A stretch of 55,000 nucleotides of DNA from Candidatus Bathyarchaeota archaeon (GCA_963697165.1 CAVOMX010000008.1:1-55000); one strand, 5' to 3'; positions 31,493 to 41,698 are shown, counted from the first letter of the stretch. The notes: a model not told the origin generated them from the letters alone. Numbers and translations are program-made.

Positions 31493-32384
31493 CCTCAAAT
31501 TGTTAGCCCAACATTTCTCTTATTCTTTGCCAACACGGGTTCATCTGAGATCATATATCGGTTTTTAATATATGTAAGTGTTCGAATTAAACAATATATT
31601 CAATCTTGTGACATGTATAAAATAGGGAATTACAGTGTCACATAGAAGACTTTCAAGCAAAGATTTTCAATTATTCATCCACACACTATTTGCCAATGAT
31701 GAACTTGAAGTGAAATATCAAAATCCTACCGCATGGAGAGGCTATTAAGCGCCATAATTGTTAATAGAATAAGAAAAGGCATTTTTGCTAATTGGTTTCT
31801 TGCAGATAATACAATAATAAAGCGTACACTTTTTTTGATTTATAAAATATAAAACACATTAGGCCATAATTCTGATTTCTACGAGTTTCTTAATAGAGAA
31901 GAATGCGCAAACACTTCCATTAGTAACACTATCATTTGAGGTCACGACGACGGATGCAATCTGCAGCACTAACGTTATTTCACTCATTTCCGCAAAGCCA
32001 CATTTCTAAGGTCGCACCTGTCCTCTTTTGCGTGACCTTTTTCGCGGTAGAAAATCAGTTCACCACAATGAGGACATTTTTGCAGCATCTATTTTTCAGC
32101 TTCCAATAGATAATAACGTTGAAGGTTGTATTAACGGTTTGTTATGTTGATGTTTATCTTTTTAAAATGACAAAATGCATAATAAGGTCAATGAATATTA
32201 CTATACCCTGAAGTTTCTGGAAAAAATGCTCCCATATAAATGTCTTTAATTACTGTTCAGTAATCCCCGTTTAACAAATTACAGCGTGAATAGCTTTCGG
32301 AGAAATATTCTATATTTCCCTCCAACATTACCACTCTATCAACTTGTTTGATTCTAAAAACTTAAATCGGTTATATCCCAAATA

Positions 32385-33026
32385 TTGAACCGAAAACCTA
32401 TTGAGATTGCAAAAGGGGAGCAGAGAGGAAATTCAGTTTTGAAAAAAGTTAACTGGTTCGATAAAAGTATTAAGACCATTACCCGAACCTTTCGAATTAG
32501 AAAAGAATGGGACGACTGTCTGCAGGAGGAGGCGGAGAGACAAGGAGTTAGTGTTAACGTTTTGGTGAATAACATTCTCCGAAAATTCTCACTTTACTCT
32601 AGGTGGACTGAACGGAACGATGACATGAGTTTGCCCCAGCGAACCCTTCGAGAGATACTAAATGCCATTCAGGTTGAGAGTTTAGCCAAAGCAGGCTCCA
32701 AGTCTGGAAATATAGATCCAATAAACATCATAAACACCATGGGACTCGTCATGGACTATGACTCTTTTGTTTATTTGATGACCGAACATTTTGGGGGTCC
32801 ACATTTCGCGAGGTGGTTCTCTTGTTTTTACCATACTCAAGGAAACAAGGATATCTTTCATCTTCAACATGACCTTGGACATGGATGGAGCGTTTACCTC
32901 GAAAGATACATTCTCTCTTGCCTGCAGTCCATGACAGATACGGATGTTAAGACAAAGGTCTACGATTACGCAGTAACCTTTGAGATTACACGACCCAGAA
33001 CAAAACCCAATGAGAAGCCACGATAA
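32385..33026 (+). CDS. RHH-domain regulator (copy 2)
   Basis: Close paralog of 23842..24516 (e.g. HTQGNKDIFHLQHD.GHGWSVYL). Confidence 0.7.
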   Translation: MNRKPIEIAKGEQRGNSVLKKVNWFDKSIKTITRTFRIRKEWDDCLQEEAERQGVSVNVLVNNILRKFSLYSRWTERNDDMSLPQRTLREILNAIQVESLAKAGSKSGNIDPINIINTMGLVMDYDSFVYLMTEHFGGPHFARWFSCFYHTQGNKDIFHLQHDLGHGWSVYLERYILSCLQSMTDTDVKTKVYDYAVTFEITRPRTKPNEKPR

Positions 33027-33079
33027 ACTAAACTAAAGTCAATAAAAAATGTTTTTGTTAAAATACTGTCACATTGTTG

Positions 33080-33700
33080 CTAATTTTTTTCAGCTTTGAG
33101 GTTGTTTACCAGATCAGAGATGGACCTCATTCCCTTTTGGATTTCAAGAGCGTTGAAAACAACTGCCGCAACCTTATCTGCTAGAGACTCGTAACTCTTG
33201 ATTTTTTTGGGAGTGAACATGTTTTCACGAGGATCATTCATTTGAATCAAACCCAATGTTCTGCCATCTGCCTTCAGGGGGATCAAAGCCACCGATTCGT
33301 AGCCGCTGTGATGGCACATATTTCTTGTTCTACCTTGTAGTTCTTTCTCTGTGGTGGATTCCAATAGCTGTGTTGTACTGTTGGTCCAGAAGCTTCCCTT
33401 TTCTGTGAAAAACGGAAGCTTGGGGTCAAATCTTCCCTTAAGAACGTTTCCACACATGCACTCCAGAAGAGGATCTCCTTTCTTGTCGAGAATGAGGTTG
33501 CCTTTAGCATCTCTTGCACAGAGACTGTTTTCTTTGACGATGAAAAATTTTGGGAACCCCTCATTGACGTAGTATGGGTAGTCTCCATTGTTTTGTAGTC
33601 GGATCCCGACACTTTGACAATCAGTTAGACCTCGAATTTCCTCTAGAATTTCCGCCAAGACCGGTTTAATGGCGACAAAATTCTGGATGTTCTCTGGCAT
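33080..33700 (-). CDS. Stand-alone GAF-domain protein (copy 2)
   Basis: Close paralog of 24586..25200. Confidence 0.8.
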   Translation of the reverse strand: MPENIQNFVAIKPVLAEILEEIRGLTDCQSVGIRLQNNGDYPYYVNEGFPKFFIVKENSLCARDAKGNLILDKKGDPLLECMCGNVLKGRFDPKLPFFTEKGSFWTNSTTQLLESTTEKELQGRTRNMCHHSGYESVALIPLKADGRTLGLIQMNDPRENMFTPKKIKSYESLADKVAAVVFNALEIQKGMRSISDLVNNLKAEKN

Positions 33701-33754
33701 CTAATAAGACTCCGCTTAAACTCTCATTCCAACATTTCTGGTTATAAAATTTAG

Positions 33755-33791
33755 TGTTTACAATTGAATACAGTGAGTTGCAGTGTAGACG
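33755..33791. promoter_or_regulatory. TGTTTACA/TGAATACA/TGTAGACG motif array upstream of GAF copy 2
   Basis: Conserved with 25258..25294. Confidence 0.55.
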
Positions 33792-34564
33792 CTCATCTTA
33801 ATTGTAAAATTACATTATCCTACATCAAGAAATGCAAATTCCAATACCTTGGGTTTGGGACTAAAATTTAACCCTAGAAAAAAAGGGGAGTTGCTGGAGA
33901 ATAGTGGATATGTCTCCACCATGGAACGAACAGCCATTTCCTTGAGTTTCTTTTTAGTTTCAGTTTGCTCTCTACTTCGACACTGTTTTATTGGTCACAA
34001 GTTGTAAATTCATTTTCTGTTACTTGATTTTCGGTGTTACATATTGGGTTTTAGTGTTGTTTGTCACGAATGTGGACACTGTCTCTATGAGGGAAGGGAT
34101 ATGATTCATCTTTTTAGGTTAAGAAGATAAATAGACAACAAGTGTCCATGTTGTGGAAAAAAACTTTCGATTCATCCTTTAAGCATAAAAATTGAAGACA
34201 AGGAACTAAATAAAGCATGGTTTATAGAAAATCTTTAGATGGCCCATGGATCTGCAGCTGGAACTGCGGTTTCCAAGATTGGGACATACAAAAAGTTGTG
34301 GACCACGAAAACAAAGGAGGCTGTTCATAATTTTCATCATTAACCTGATTTAAGCTATTTTGGCGAAAAAACGACGAAAATGAAACATCACCCGAAAAAT
34401 GTTTAAACAAAAAAACACTTATCGAGTTAAATTTTAACAAAAAAAAACGCCAATGTTGGCTTTCATTGATTGTGAATGCCCTTGTCACCTGATTATGAAA
34501 TGAAAAACATCTATTACTAGCTTTAAAACGTGCTCCTAGGTGTGGTTCTCAAATTAATGTTTTA

Positions 34565-34813
34565 ATGAATAGTATGGGTTATTTTTCAAAAAGTCTTTCT
34601 GGAGAAGAAAAAGAGTTTTTCGTGAAATCATTGGATGATTATAAAGCAGGCGTTATTCCTTTAAGTGTACTTATGGGAATTTTCAATTCATGGCTTTTGA
34701 GGTTCAAAGATGATTATTTGTTGAGTCAAACTTTCTTTGAGCCTTACCCAAAAGAACTTATTGATATTGATTTAATGACCAGCTACTGTGATGGAAAAGA
34801 CTACTTGAAATAA
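34565..34813 (+). CDS. Hypothetical protein
   Basis: 82-aa ORF. Confidence 0.45.
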   Translation: MNSMGYFSKSLSGEEKEFFVKSLDDYKAGVIPLSVLMGIFNSWLLRFKDDYLLSQTFFEPYPKELIDIDLMTSYCDGKDYLK

Positions 34814-34855
34814 TTGTGGAATAATTAATTTTAATGTTCGTGGACTGTAAAGTTT

Positions 34856-35404
34856 CTATTTGAAATCGATTTCTGTTGCTACTTCGTTTCTACGTAGGAA
34901 CCATGGTGTTAGAGGTCCACTGTAACGCATTGTGAAAATATTTCCTTTTGTTTTTATGTTTGATGTTTGCAGTTCTGTCAATAGTTGTTTTGATTTTTTT
35001 GTGAAATTTGAGGTTGTCCAACGGCCGGTAAATCGTAATGCAGCTACATATCTTTCTGGTATTTGTTGGATTTTGATTCGTTCATCATTCGGTTTTGGCG
35101 TATTTTCGAGTGTGTATTCTTCAGGCATTACAAATGCTATCGAGTCTTTTTCTGATAGAACCGGTGCAGTCATTTCGATGTTTTTTGATATTACCGGTGA
35201 AGTCATTTCTAAATTGGTTTGTGTTGTGTTATTTCCCGAAATATAGTTGAAAAGAAGATTAAAGCCTCCATCCCCGTAACCGTCAACTTCAGCGATAATC
35301 AAGTTTGTGTAGAGTCTAATTTCTACGTTATCCAATTTTTTGATTAGGCGATATTTTGCCTCTTTAACCATAAAGTAATGTAAGGTGCAGATGCTATAAT
35401 TCAA
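34856..35404 (-). CDS. SOUL-family heme-binding protein
   Basis: EIRLY, GFNLLFNYISGNN, IEMTAPV, FVMP, RY..P.TPWFLRRNEV. Confidence 0.9.
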   Translation of the reverse strand: MNYSICTLHYFMVKEAKYRLIKKLDNVEIRLYTNLIIAEVDGYGDGGFNLLFNYISGNNTTQTNLEMTSPVISKNIEMTAPVLSEKDSIAFVMPEEYTLENTPKPNDERIKIQQIPERYVAALRFTGRWTTSNFTKKSKQLLTELQTSNIKTKGNIFTMRYSGPLTPWFLRRNEVATEIDFK

Positions 35405-35508
35405 TTTTGGTTACTAAAAAACTCTCAAAGTAACTGCCAAAGTCTTTGAGATATAAATTATTCAGGTGTAAAATATTGGCTACTCGATGAATTTGCATTA
35501 GTTAGCAC

Positions 35509-36279
35509 TCATTTTTGTCGAAGTTTATTGATGAGGATTGTAACAACCAAAGCGATGAAGACGATTATTGCGCTAATCTGAGTTAAAGTGACGATATTTT
35601 GATTTGCTTTTTGTGCCATTGAAATGCCTATGAAAGCCCATACAATTACTAGCCCATATGCGACATCTTTCCTTGTTGCTAGAACTATTAAAGAAATCAA
35701 TAATGCAATTATAATTATTAGCGATGCCCACGTTTCTGCGTTTATTCCAAGACCATTCCAGTTGATTGAAACTAATGCGGTAGCGACATTAGCGATTGAG
35801 GCAATAGTTATCCAACCTAAATATGTGCTGAAGGGTAGATGAACCGCTATTTTTTCGCGTAACTCAACTTTTGATTTACCAATGTCAAGGCGTAGATATA
35901 TTGCTATCAATGTTGCAAGTAGCATGAATATTAGAGCAACAGAGAAAATAAGATATTCAAATTGCCAAAGGAAGAGCCAAGCAATATTAATTATGCTGCT
36001 GAGGACAAACAACCAGCCAACCTTTTTCGTGTATTCATTTTCTTTCTGGCTTGGTAGAGCTTGAAAGATAACAAAAACACCCAACAAGACATAGATTATT
36101 CCCCATATTGAAAACACGTAACCCGCAGGGGTAATCAATGTAAGATTTAAATCAGAAATTTGAGCGGTGTTTACTCCGCCTATAAGGGTAGTGCTACCTG
36201 CTAAGCTGTTTACTATTACGGTAAACACAAATGCAATTATGTTGGACCATTTTAGCAGAACTGGATTATAGGCTGCCAT
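35509..36279 (-). CDS. TspO/MBR-related tryptophan-rich membrane protein
   Basis: ITPAGYVFSIWGIIY, NIAWLFLW, PFSTYLGWITIASIAN; multiple TM helices. Confidence 0.75.
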   Translation of the reverse strand: MAAYNPVLLKWSNIIAFVFTVIVNSLAGSTTLIGGVNTAQISDLNLTLITPAGYVFSIWGIIYVLLGVFVIFQALPSQKENEYTKKVGWLFVLSSIINIAWLFLWQFEYLIFSVALIFMLLATLIAIYLRLDIGKSKVELREKIAVHLPFSTYLGWITIASIANVATALVSINWNGLGINAETWASLIIIIALLISLIVLATRKDVAYGLVIVWAFIGISMAQKANQNIVTLTQISAIIVFIALVVTILINKLRQK

Positions 36280-36492
36280 TTTTCATCTATCTCAATCCTA
36301 TTTCCTGTTATTTGTATAAAACATTTTGTATCTAACCCAACAATGATTTTGGTTCAAACTTACTCGAAATAGCCCTTTCTTAAGAGCATTATAAGCTTAG
36401 TTGAATGAGCATTGTTTTTAACTAGGAAATTTTTCGTCTGAAGAATAAGATGCTTGTTCCTAAGATTAGCACGCCAACGACGAGTATGGCAA

Positions 36493-36693
36493 CTAGAGTA
36501 TTCTTCTTGAGATTCTGTTAATGTATCCATTGTTTATCAAATAGTGTAGTTTGGATTTGAAGGTATTATTTGTTGCAAATGGATAACAGGTTATACATAC
36601 TTTCTTATCCAAATTTGTGTAATGGACATTACCCTTCGTGAGTAATTTCAAGATAGTTTTGCGAAGAATGTCCCGTTTCATATCAGCATTCAA
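36493..36693 (-). CDS. Small wHTH-like protein, possibly truncated
   Basis: ILKLL...FKSKLHYLINNGYINR. Confidence 0.45.
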   Translation of the reverse strand: MNADMKRDILRKTILKLLTKGNVHYTNLDKKVCITCYPFATNNTFKSKLHYLINNGYINRISRRIL

Positions 36694-37383
36694 TGTTGGT
36701 GTCCTCCAGCTTTTTTAGTGGCCACTCAGGCAAATTACCGCATAAAACGTCTCCATGCAAAAAGACCCTAAAACCAAGCTGCTGAGCACGAAACAAGAAC
36801 AGCTGGTCATGGACCCCAACAAACCTGTCATACTCATACTGGTTCCAAACAAACCGCAGCCTCTCGAGTACAGATCTTCTAATTAGAGCGCAGCCGATTC
36901 CCGCCCAAACCATAGTCTCAAAAACTTTTCCCCTCAACTACTTCACATCATACAAGAATGAACCAGCGGCTTCAAAGAATTCGGCTTCTCCTCAAAGTAG
37001 CCAGCCATCATCAGAAGCTTATTCTCACGATGATTAGGGTAGATCCGCAAATTAATCTCAGCATTAAAACAGAGCAGCCGATCAAAAGCATGCTTCGGAA
37101 CCTCAACATCAGCTTCTACAATCCACAAAAAATAATAGCCCTCAGAGACGCACTTTTCGGCAAGATAATTTGTAGACTCAACAATACTCGCGCCACCTTG
37201 CTTCTCAGTTTTAGGAGTAACACAAACCTGAAAGTCCACTGGCTTATCACGCAACGCAGCCTCAATAGAATCCAAAACCTTCTGTCGATATTCAGAATAG
37301 AAACTAGTATAGTAACAGGAATCCCGGCGAGCACTCTTAAAACCATAGAAACACGCTGCCAGCAGATAATCTCGGCAGCCCAA
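36683..37383 (-). pseudogene. GT2-like glycosyltransferase, fragmented
   Basis: FLWIVEADV (DxD-like), AGIGCALIRRSVLE, D..F...AQQLGFRVFLHGDV.C. Confidence 0.6.
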
Positions 37384-37620
37384 AAGAGCTAATTTGACTT
37401 TGTTGCTTTCTTTGAAGATGCTTTAGACTTAGCTATAGTCTCGCTAGGTGTAGCCTTAGACTTCAACTCAGCATATGGGACTTGAACATAGGCTCAGTAA
37501 TCTTCGAGGGCTTCACAACTTATCTTCTGCTCACTCATAGTTTAGTGCTCCAAAAATTCCATTTAATAAAAAAAAGGGGAAGGTGCAAAGGTACAGAATA
37601 GTACGTATTCGTTTCTGAAG

Positions 37621-37712
37621 TGGTGCGGCCGCCGGGATTTGAACCCGGGATTACAGGCTTGGAAGGCTTACACCAGATGTGTCTGTGTCCTACCAGGCTA
37701 GACTACAACCGC
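37621..37712 (-). tRNA. tRNA-Gly(TCC) with a 15-nt intron (37668..37682) at non-canonical position ~29/30; CCA encoded
   Basis: GCGGTTGTAGTCTAGCCTGGTAGGACACAG[ACACATCTGGTGTAA]GCCTTCCAAGCCTGTAATCCCGGGTTCAAATCCCGGCGGCCGCACCA; removing the insert restores the CAGGC/GCCTG anticodon stem. Confidence 0.92.
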
Positions 37713-37805
37713 GCATTCAACTAACTGCAAATTAATGCGGTAAACCTCTTTTATGAACTTTCTCTCTATTAAATAACTTTCCAAATTCTTTGTCTCATAG
37801 AAAGA

Positions 37806-37820
37806 GGTGCGGCCGCCGGG
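37806..37820 (-). repeat. Second att-like copy of the tRNA-Gly 3' end
   Basis: GGTGCGGCCGCCGGG identical to 37622..37636; 30 nt from the integrase stop. Confidence 0.75.
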
Positions 37821-37850
37821 TTAAGAGGTACTGGATGGGAATTTTATTGT

Positions 37851-39356
37851 TCATTGGGTTGCAGTTCCTTTTATCATTGCTTCTTTTAGGGCATTGCAGA
37901 GAATTTTGAGTTCCATGTTTTCATATTCTGGTGGAGAAATGACAGTTCGGTGAGGTTTAGACATGGCTTCTCTTGTTAGGATTTCTTCGGGATTGAGTCC
38001 CCATGCTCTTATGATCTCTTTTAGGGCGTCCATTTTTGATGTTGGGGTTTTGGGTCTTATTGATAATCCGGATGAACTGTAGATGTTACGTAGGTAATCT
38101 ATTCCCTTCATTTGGATGTCATGGTACACGTCAATTGTGTGTCCCATCATGTAGTCAACGTAGTCTGCTTGGACGCCAAGAGCTAGGAGTTGGGTTTTGA
38201 AGAATTTTCTTATACTGTGGACTCTAAGGGTGTAGGAGCTGCCGGAGCTTTTCTTTAGTAATCTAGCTTTGAAGTAGAGGTTGTGGACTGATTGGTAGAC
38301 TGTTTTTTGTCCAATTGGTCTAACTTCTCGGGTAGTTTTGCTTGCGGATCAGAGGGGAGTCGCTGGTGATGGTTTCTGGTGGGATTTTGCCGTCTGGGCT
38401 TCCTAGTCGGCGTGTTTCTAGGTATTCACGTAGATATGTTACTGCTTCTTTTCCTATGAATGTGTCATAGTCGTGGTATTTTCCTTTGGTTATCGCTGCT
38501 TCCACATGTATGTGTAGGGGTGTTATTCCTTTTTCGAGGTCTTCTTCTACGTGTCTATATTTGAGTTTCACTAGGGTTCCTTGGCGAAATCCGCCTAGGG
38601 CGAGCATGCTGACTATAACTCTTTCTCTTAGGTCTGCGAGGTCTATAAACGTGCTGAGTTCTTCTGGTTTTGGTGCTCTATCTCTTGTGACTGGTCTTCG
38701 GCTTAGGGATTGGGGCAGTTTGATGTCTATGCTGTTTACTCGGTATAAGTGCTCGTATGGCTTTGATGTAATTGGATATTCTTGACGGTGCTAGTCCATT
38801 GTCTTGTAGTTCGCTGGTGTAGTCTTCTAAGGCTTTGATGTGGTATGGGATTCTGTAGTGTTTTGGCAGTTCGTATTCGTCTTTGACGTCTAAAATTAAT
38901 TGGTCTGGGGCTTAATCCTGTTCTTTGGGTATAGTGCCATATGCAGTCAACGTACAGGTATAATGTTCCTAGGCTGCCTGTTCGGTATCGTAGAAGGTAG
39001 TTGGCAAGTTTTAGTAGGCTCTTGTTCTCGAACACGAAGGGAGCTAATTTTGGTCTTGCTTTTGATAGGCTCGCTATGTACGTATTTGACAAGTCCAATT
39101 GAGGATACTTCACATATGTCGTTTTAGGGGTATCTTTACTTTGGTCTTTAGTTTGAAACCTCTTATGCTTTTTTCCAAAACATAAATTGTTGTCTTGAAC
39201 TCTGCCGAATTGAAGTTTTTCTATGTCCTGTATGGTCAACTGTTTTGGCTTGATTATTAGCTGATTTGATTTTAATTGACCTGATGGTATGGCTCTGTTT
39301 TGGATCAATTCAAGTCGGGTATGTGGTCCGTTGGTGGTTGGTTGAATTGTCTCCAT
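37851..39356 (-). CDS. Tyrosine recombinase/integrase, split over several frames
   Basis: GGFRQGTL (R), TKGKY (K), LRVHSIRKFF (HxxR), YMMGH...VY. Confidence 0.85.
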
Positions 39357-39374
39357 GGTTTTTCCTTCCTTATT

Positions 39375-39695
39375 TTACTGCGGCTGAATTTTTCGCTTCT
39401 TTGTCTGAAGCGCAGATTCAGCATTTCTAATTTCGGTGTTCCTAGAAATTAAAGGCCATCCTGACGCATTTTGTAACGGTAACGCACGGATTTCTAGGAT
39501 GCAGCTTTTGAGTAGAACTAAGCCGCTGGCTGTTCCGTTAGAGTATGGTAATTTATCTAAGGTTCTGTCATTTTCAATACGAACCACTTCTCTTTTGTGA
39601 GTAAGCCATCCTATAGTTTCACGTTCAGCAGGTTCCTCTACAGCCTCTGGAGTGTTTCGATAAAGCACATGATCCAGATAGCGAATATAAACCAC
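39375..39695 (-). CDS. Hypothetical protein
   Basis: 106-aa ORF co-oriented with the integrase. Confidence 0.55.
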   Translation of the reverse strand: MVYIRYLDHVLYRNTPEAVEEPAERETIGWLTHKREVVRIENDRTLDKLPYSNGTASGLVLLKSCILEIRALPLQNASGWPLISRNTEIRNAESALQTKKRKIQPQ

Positions 39696-39764
39696 CGAAC
39701 CGTGCTGGGATACTTTCGCTTATTGAGACGTTGTCAGTCACTTTTCTTTTCTTGTCTCCCTTAA

Positions 39765-39968
39765 TTATTTGAAGAAATGTTCATCCCAGATGTTTTTGTC
39801 AACTTTAACGTACTCGGGGGAACCGCAGAACTTCATAATCCGCTCAAGCAGCGGGTCCTTGGGATCAGTGAAGACCTTTTTGAATCCTAGCTTACCAACT
39901 TTAACCCTGACTTCAATGCCTTCTCCTCTTGGAAGAACTTGATAAAAACCCCTGTTTACTGTCAGCAT
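39765..39968 (-). CDS. Small hypothetical protein
   Basis: 67-aa ORF co-oriented with the integrase. Confidence 0.5.
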   Translation of the reverse strand: MLTVNRGFYQVLPRGEGIEVRVKVGKLGFKKVFTDPKDPLLERIMKFCGSPEYVKVDKNIWDEHFFK

Positions 39969-40060
39969 ACTCTTCTATGGTTTCCCAATCTTCAACAAGA
40001 TAAACCAAACAATCTCACCTTAAACTATGTTGCAGCCAAAGGTTAAAAGAAATCTGGCGC

Positions 40061-40130
40061 CAACAAACGACAGTATCGTTTGTGAACCTCAACAAACGAC
40101 AGTGTCGTTTGATAGCCTCAACAAACGACA
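40061..40130. repeat. Tandem 29-bp repeats containing the palindrome CAAACGACA-G-TGTCGTTTG
   Basis: CAACAAACGACA at 40061, 40090 and 40119; palindromes at 40064..40082 (one mismatch) and 40093..40111 (perfect). Confidence 0.85.
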
Positions 40131-40190
40131 TATTTCTTTTTTAGACATATCCACGAATAAGGTAGCTACTATTCTAGAATTGGATTTGTT

Positions 40191-40578
40191 TCATTTGCAT
40201 GAATGGATTATTTTTAGTATAGTTAATGCTGATTTTTCATCTAATTGGTCGAGTATATCGTCTAGGTTTCGAGCATTGAGTGCAATTGCTAATTTTGTTT
40301 TTGCACAAAGCTCGTATAGGATTGTTTTGCCGCCTTGTTTGGTGTCTCTGTTTCCTGTCTTCTTTAGGTAAGCTTCATCTTCGAGTGCTTTTATTCTGGC
40401 GTTTATGACCGCATATTTTGTGCGCTTAAAATTTCGCATCTTACATACGTTTCTTAGTATGTCCCACATTGCCAGAGGAGATTCTTCAGTGAGAACCTCG
40501 AAATATAGCACGGTTTAGTTTAGCCTCTCGACCCTTGAACACCGAAAGCCTAACAGTCTCACATTTGCGCGTGGGCAC
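40191..40578 (-). CDS. wHTH regulator; frameshift near the 5' end
   Basis: RLSVFKGREAKLNRAIF...PLAMWDI...YAVINARIKALEDEAYL. Confidence 0.6.
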
Positions 40579-40779
40579 TCTCTAATCCTACCAACTCTCT
40601 GGTAACAGAAAATAGAGGCACTCTAGGCATTCACCTTTTTACACAATTTTATGCACCGAAAACCCCCGAGAAAACGTTTCTGCGTGCGACAATGCCCTAT
40701 AGGAAAAAACGTAATCTCATTTGCATTTAAATAAAACAGCAAGTTTATGTATAAAATATGGTTCTGGAGCCCTTTTTTG

Positions 40780-41040
40780 CTATGTTTTGTCGGGGGGTGA
40801 TTCTGCGTGCGACAACGTTTTTACGGGGGTCAAAAAGATGCCTATTCTTCCGTTTTTTTCCTCTACTTCCATTTTGACGTGCCCTTTTAGGATTGATCTA
40901 AATTTTTTATGGAAAACTCTAGGAACAGGAATATACAATCGTTCATAGGCGTAGACGTATTTTCCTCCTAGGTAGCGTTTCTTGGCAATCCAACAGTAAA
41001 GTTTGACGATTACATCTTTAGCCAATTTTGTAGTCACCAA
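40780..41040 (-). CDS. Hypothetical basic protein (AbrB-like?)
   Basis: 86-aa ORF, YERLYIPVPR. Confidence 0.5.
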   Translation of the reverse strand: MVTTKLAKDVIVKLYCWIAKKRYLGGKYVYAYERLYIPVPRVFHKKFRSILKGHVKMEVEEKNGRIGIFLTPVKTLSHAESPPDKT

Positions 41041-41239
41041 AAATCTAGGAGACAGAAAAACACATAAAACAATAGGTTGGACGAACGAAAGAACAGGAGA
41101 GACAGATAAGTGAAACTAACACCTGGAGAAAGAAGATATTGCCTTCAGCAACAGTTCTTTTTGCGATTTAGTTTCACTTTCCTCTCTCCGTTTTTATGCT
41201 GTTCTTTTCGTCTTAAATCCTAAATACAAACTCCAAAGT

Positions 41240-41698
41240 ATGCAGATTGGGTGCTATTTGATGGCAAAGACTGTCAGAGTTCCAGAAAAAATGTCAGAGC
41301 AGTTGACCGTTTTGGTTGGCAAGGTAACAGCTGAGAAGCTGGAGAAGCAAACGTATTCAGATGCCATCCAATATCTTTTAGGCCATCACATTGTCTTTCC
41401 ATCTGAACTAATTTTACATATTGAAGAATTAATAAAAAATAACGAACTAGGTTACAGATCTAAAGAAGAATTCCTTTACGAAGCCGCTAGACAGTTACTC
41501 AAATATTACAGCGAAGACATCGAATCCATTAAAGTTCGTAGACACTTGTACGAAAAAACAAAGACCGCAATAGAAGACCTGGATCTGCCCTTTATCAGTG
41601 TAGACGATTTTGTCGAAGAACAAATAAAAAAACTCCACGAACAACACGACCAATGGAAAGAACAAAAAGAAATCGAAGAAAACGAGTCAATTGAGTAA
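41240..41698 (+). CDS. Protein with tandem RHH-like repeats
   Basis: KTVRVP...YSDAIQYL; YRSKEEFLYEAAR; FISVDDFVEE. Confidence 0.6.
   Translation: MQIGCYLMAKTVRVPEKMSEQLTVLVGKVTAEKLEKQTYSDAIQYLLGHHIVFPSELILHIEELIKNNELGYRSKEEFLYEAARQLLKYYSEDIESIKVRRHLYEKTKTAIEDLDLPFISVDDFVEEQIKKLHEQHDQWKEQKEIEENESIE

Larger units (their letters stand above)
30662..37649. mobile_element. Decayed ~7-kb element integrated in tRNA-Gly(TCC)
   Basis: Bounded by direct repeats of the tRNA 3' end; intC just inside the left att; AT-rich with several pseudogenes. Confidence 0.7.

Noticed and set aside
31980..34330. Short Zn-ribbon-like frames (CPHCG near 32075 on the minus strand; CPCCG near 34143 on the plus strand)
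   Set aside because: Interrupted by stops and frameshifts inside the decayed element; too fragmentary to call.
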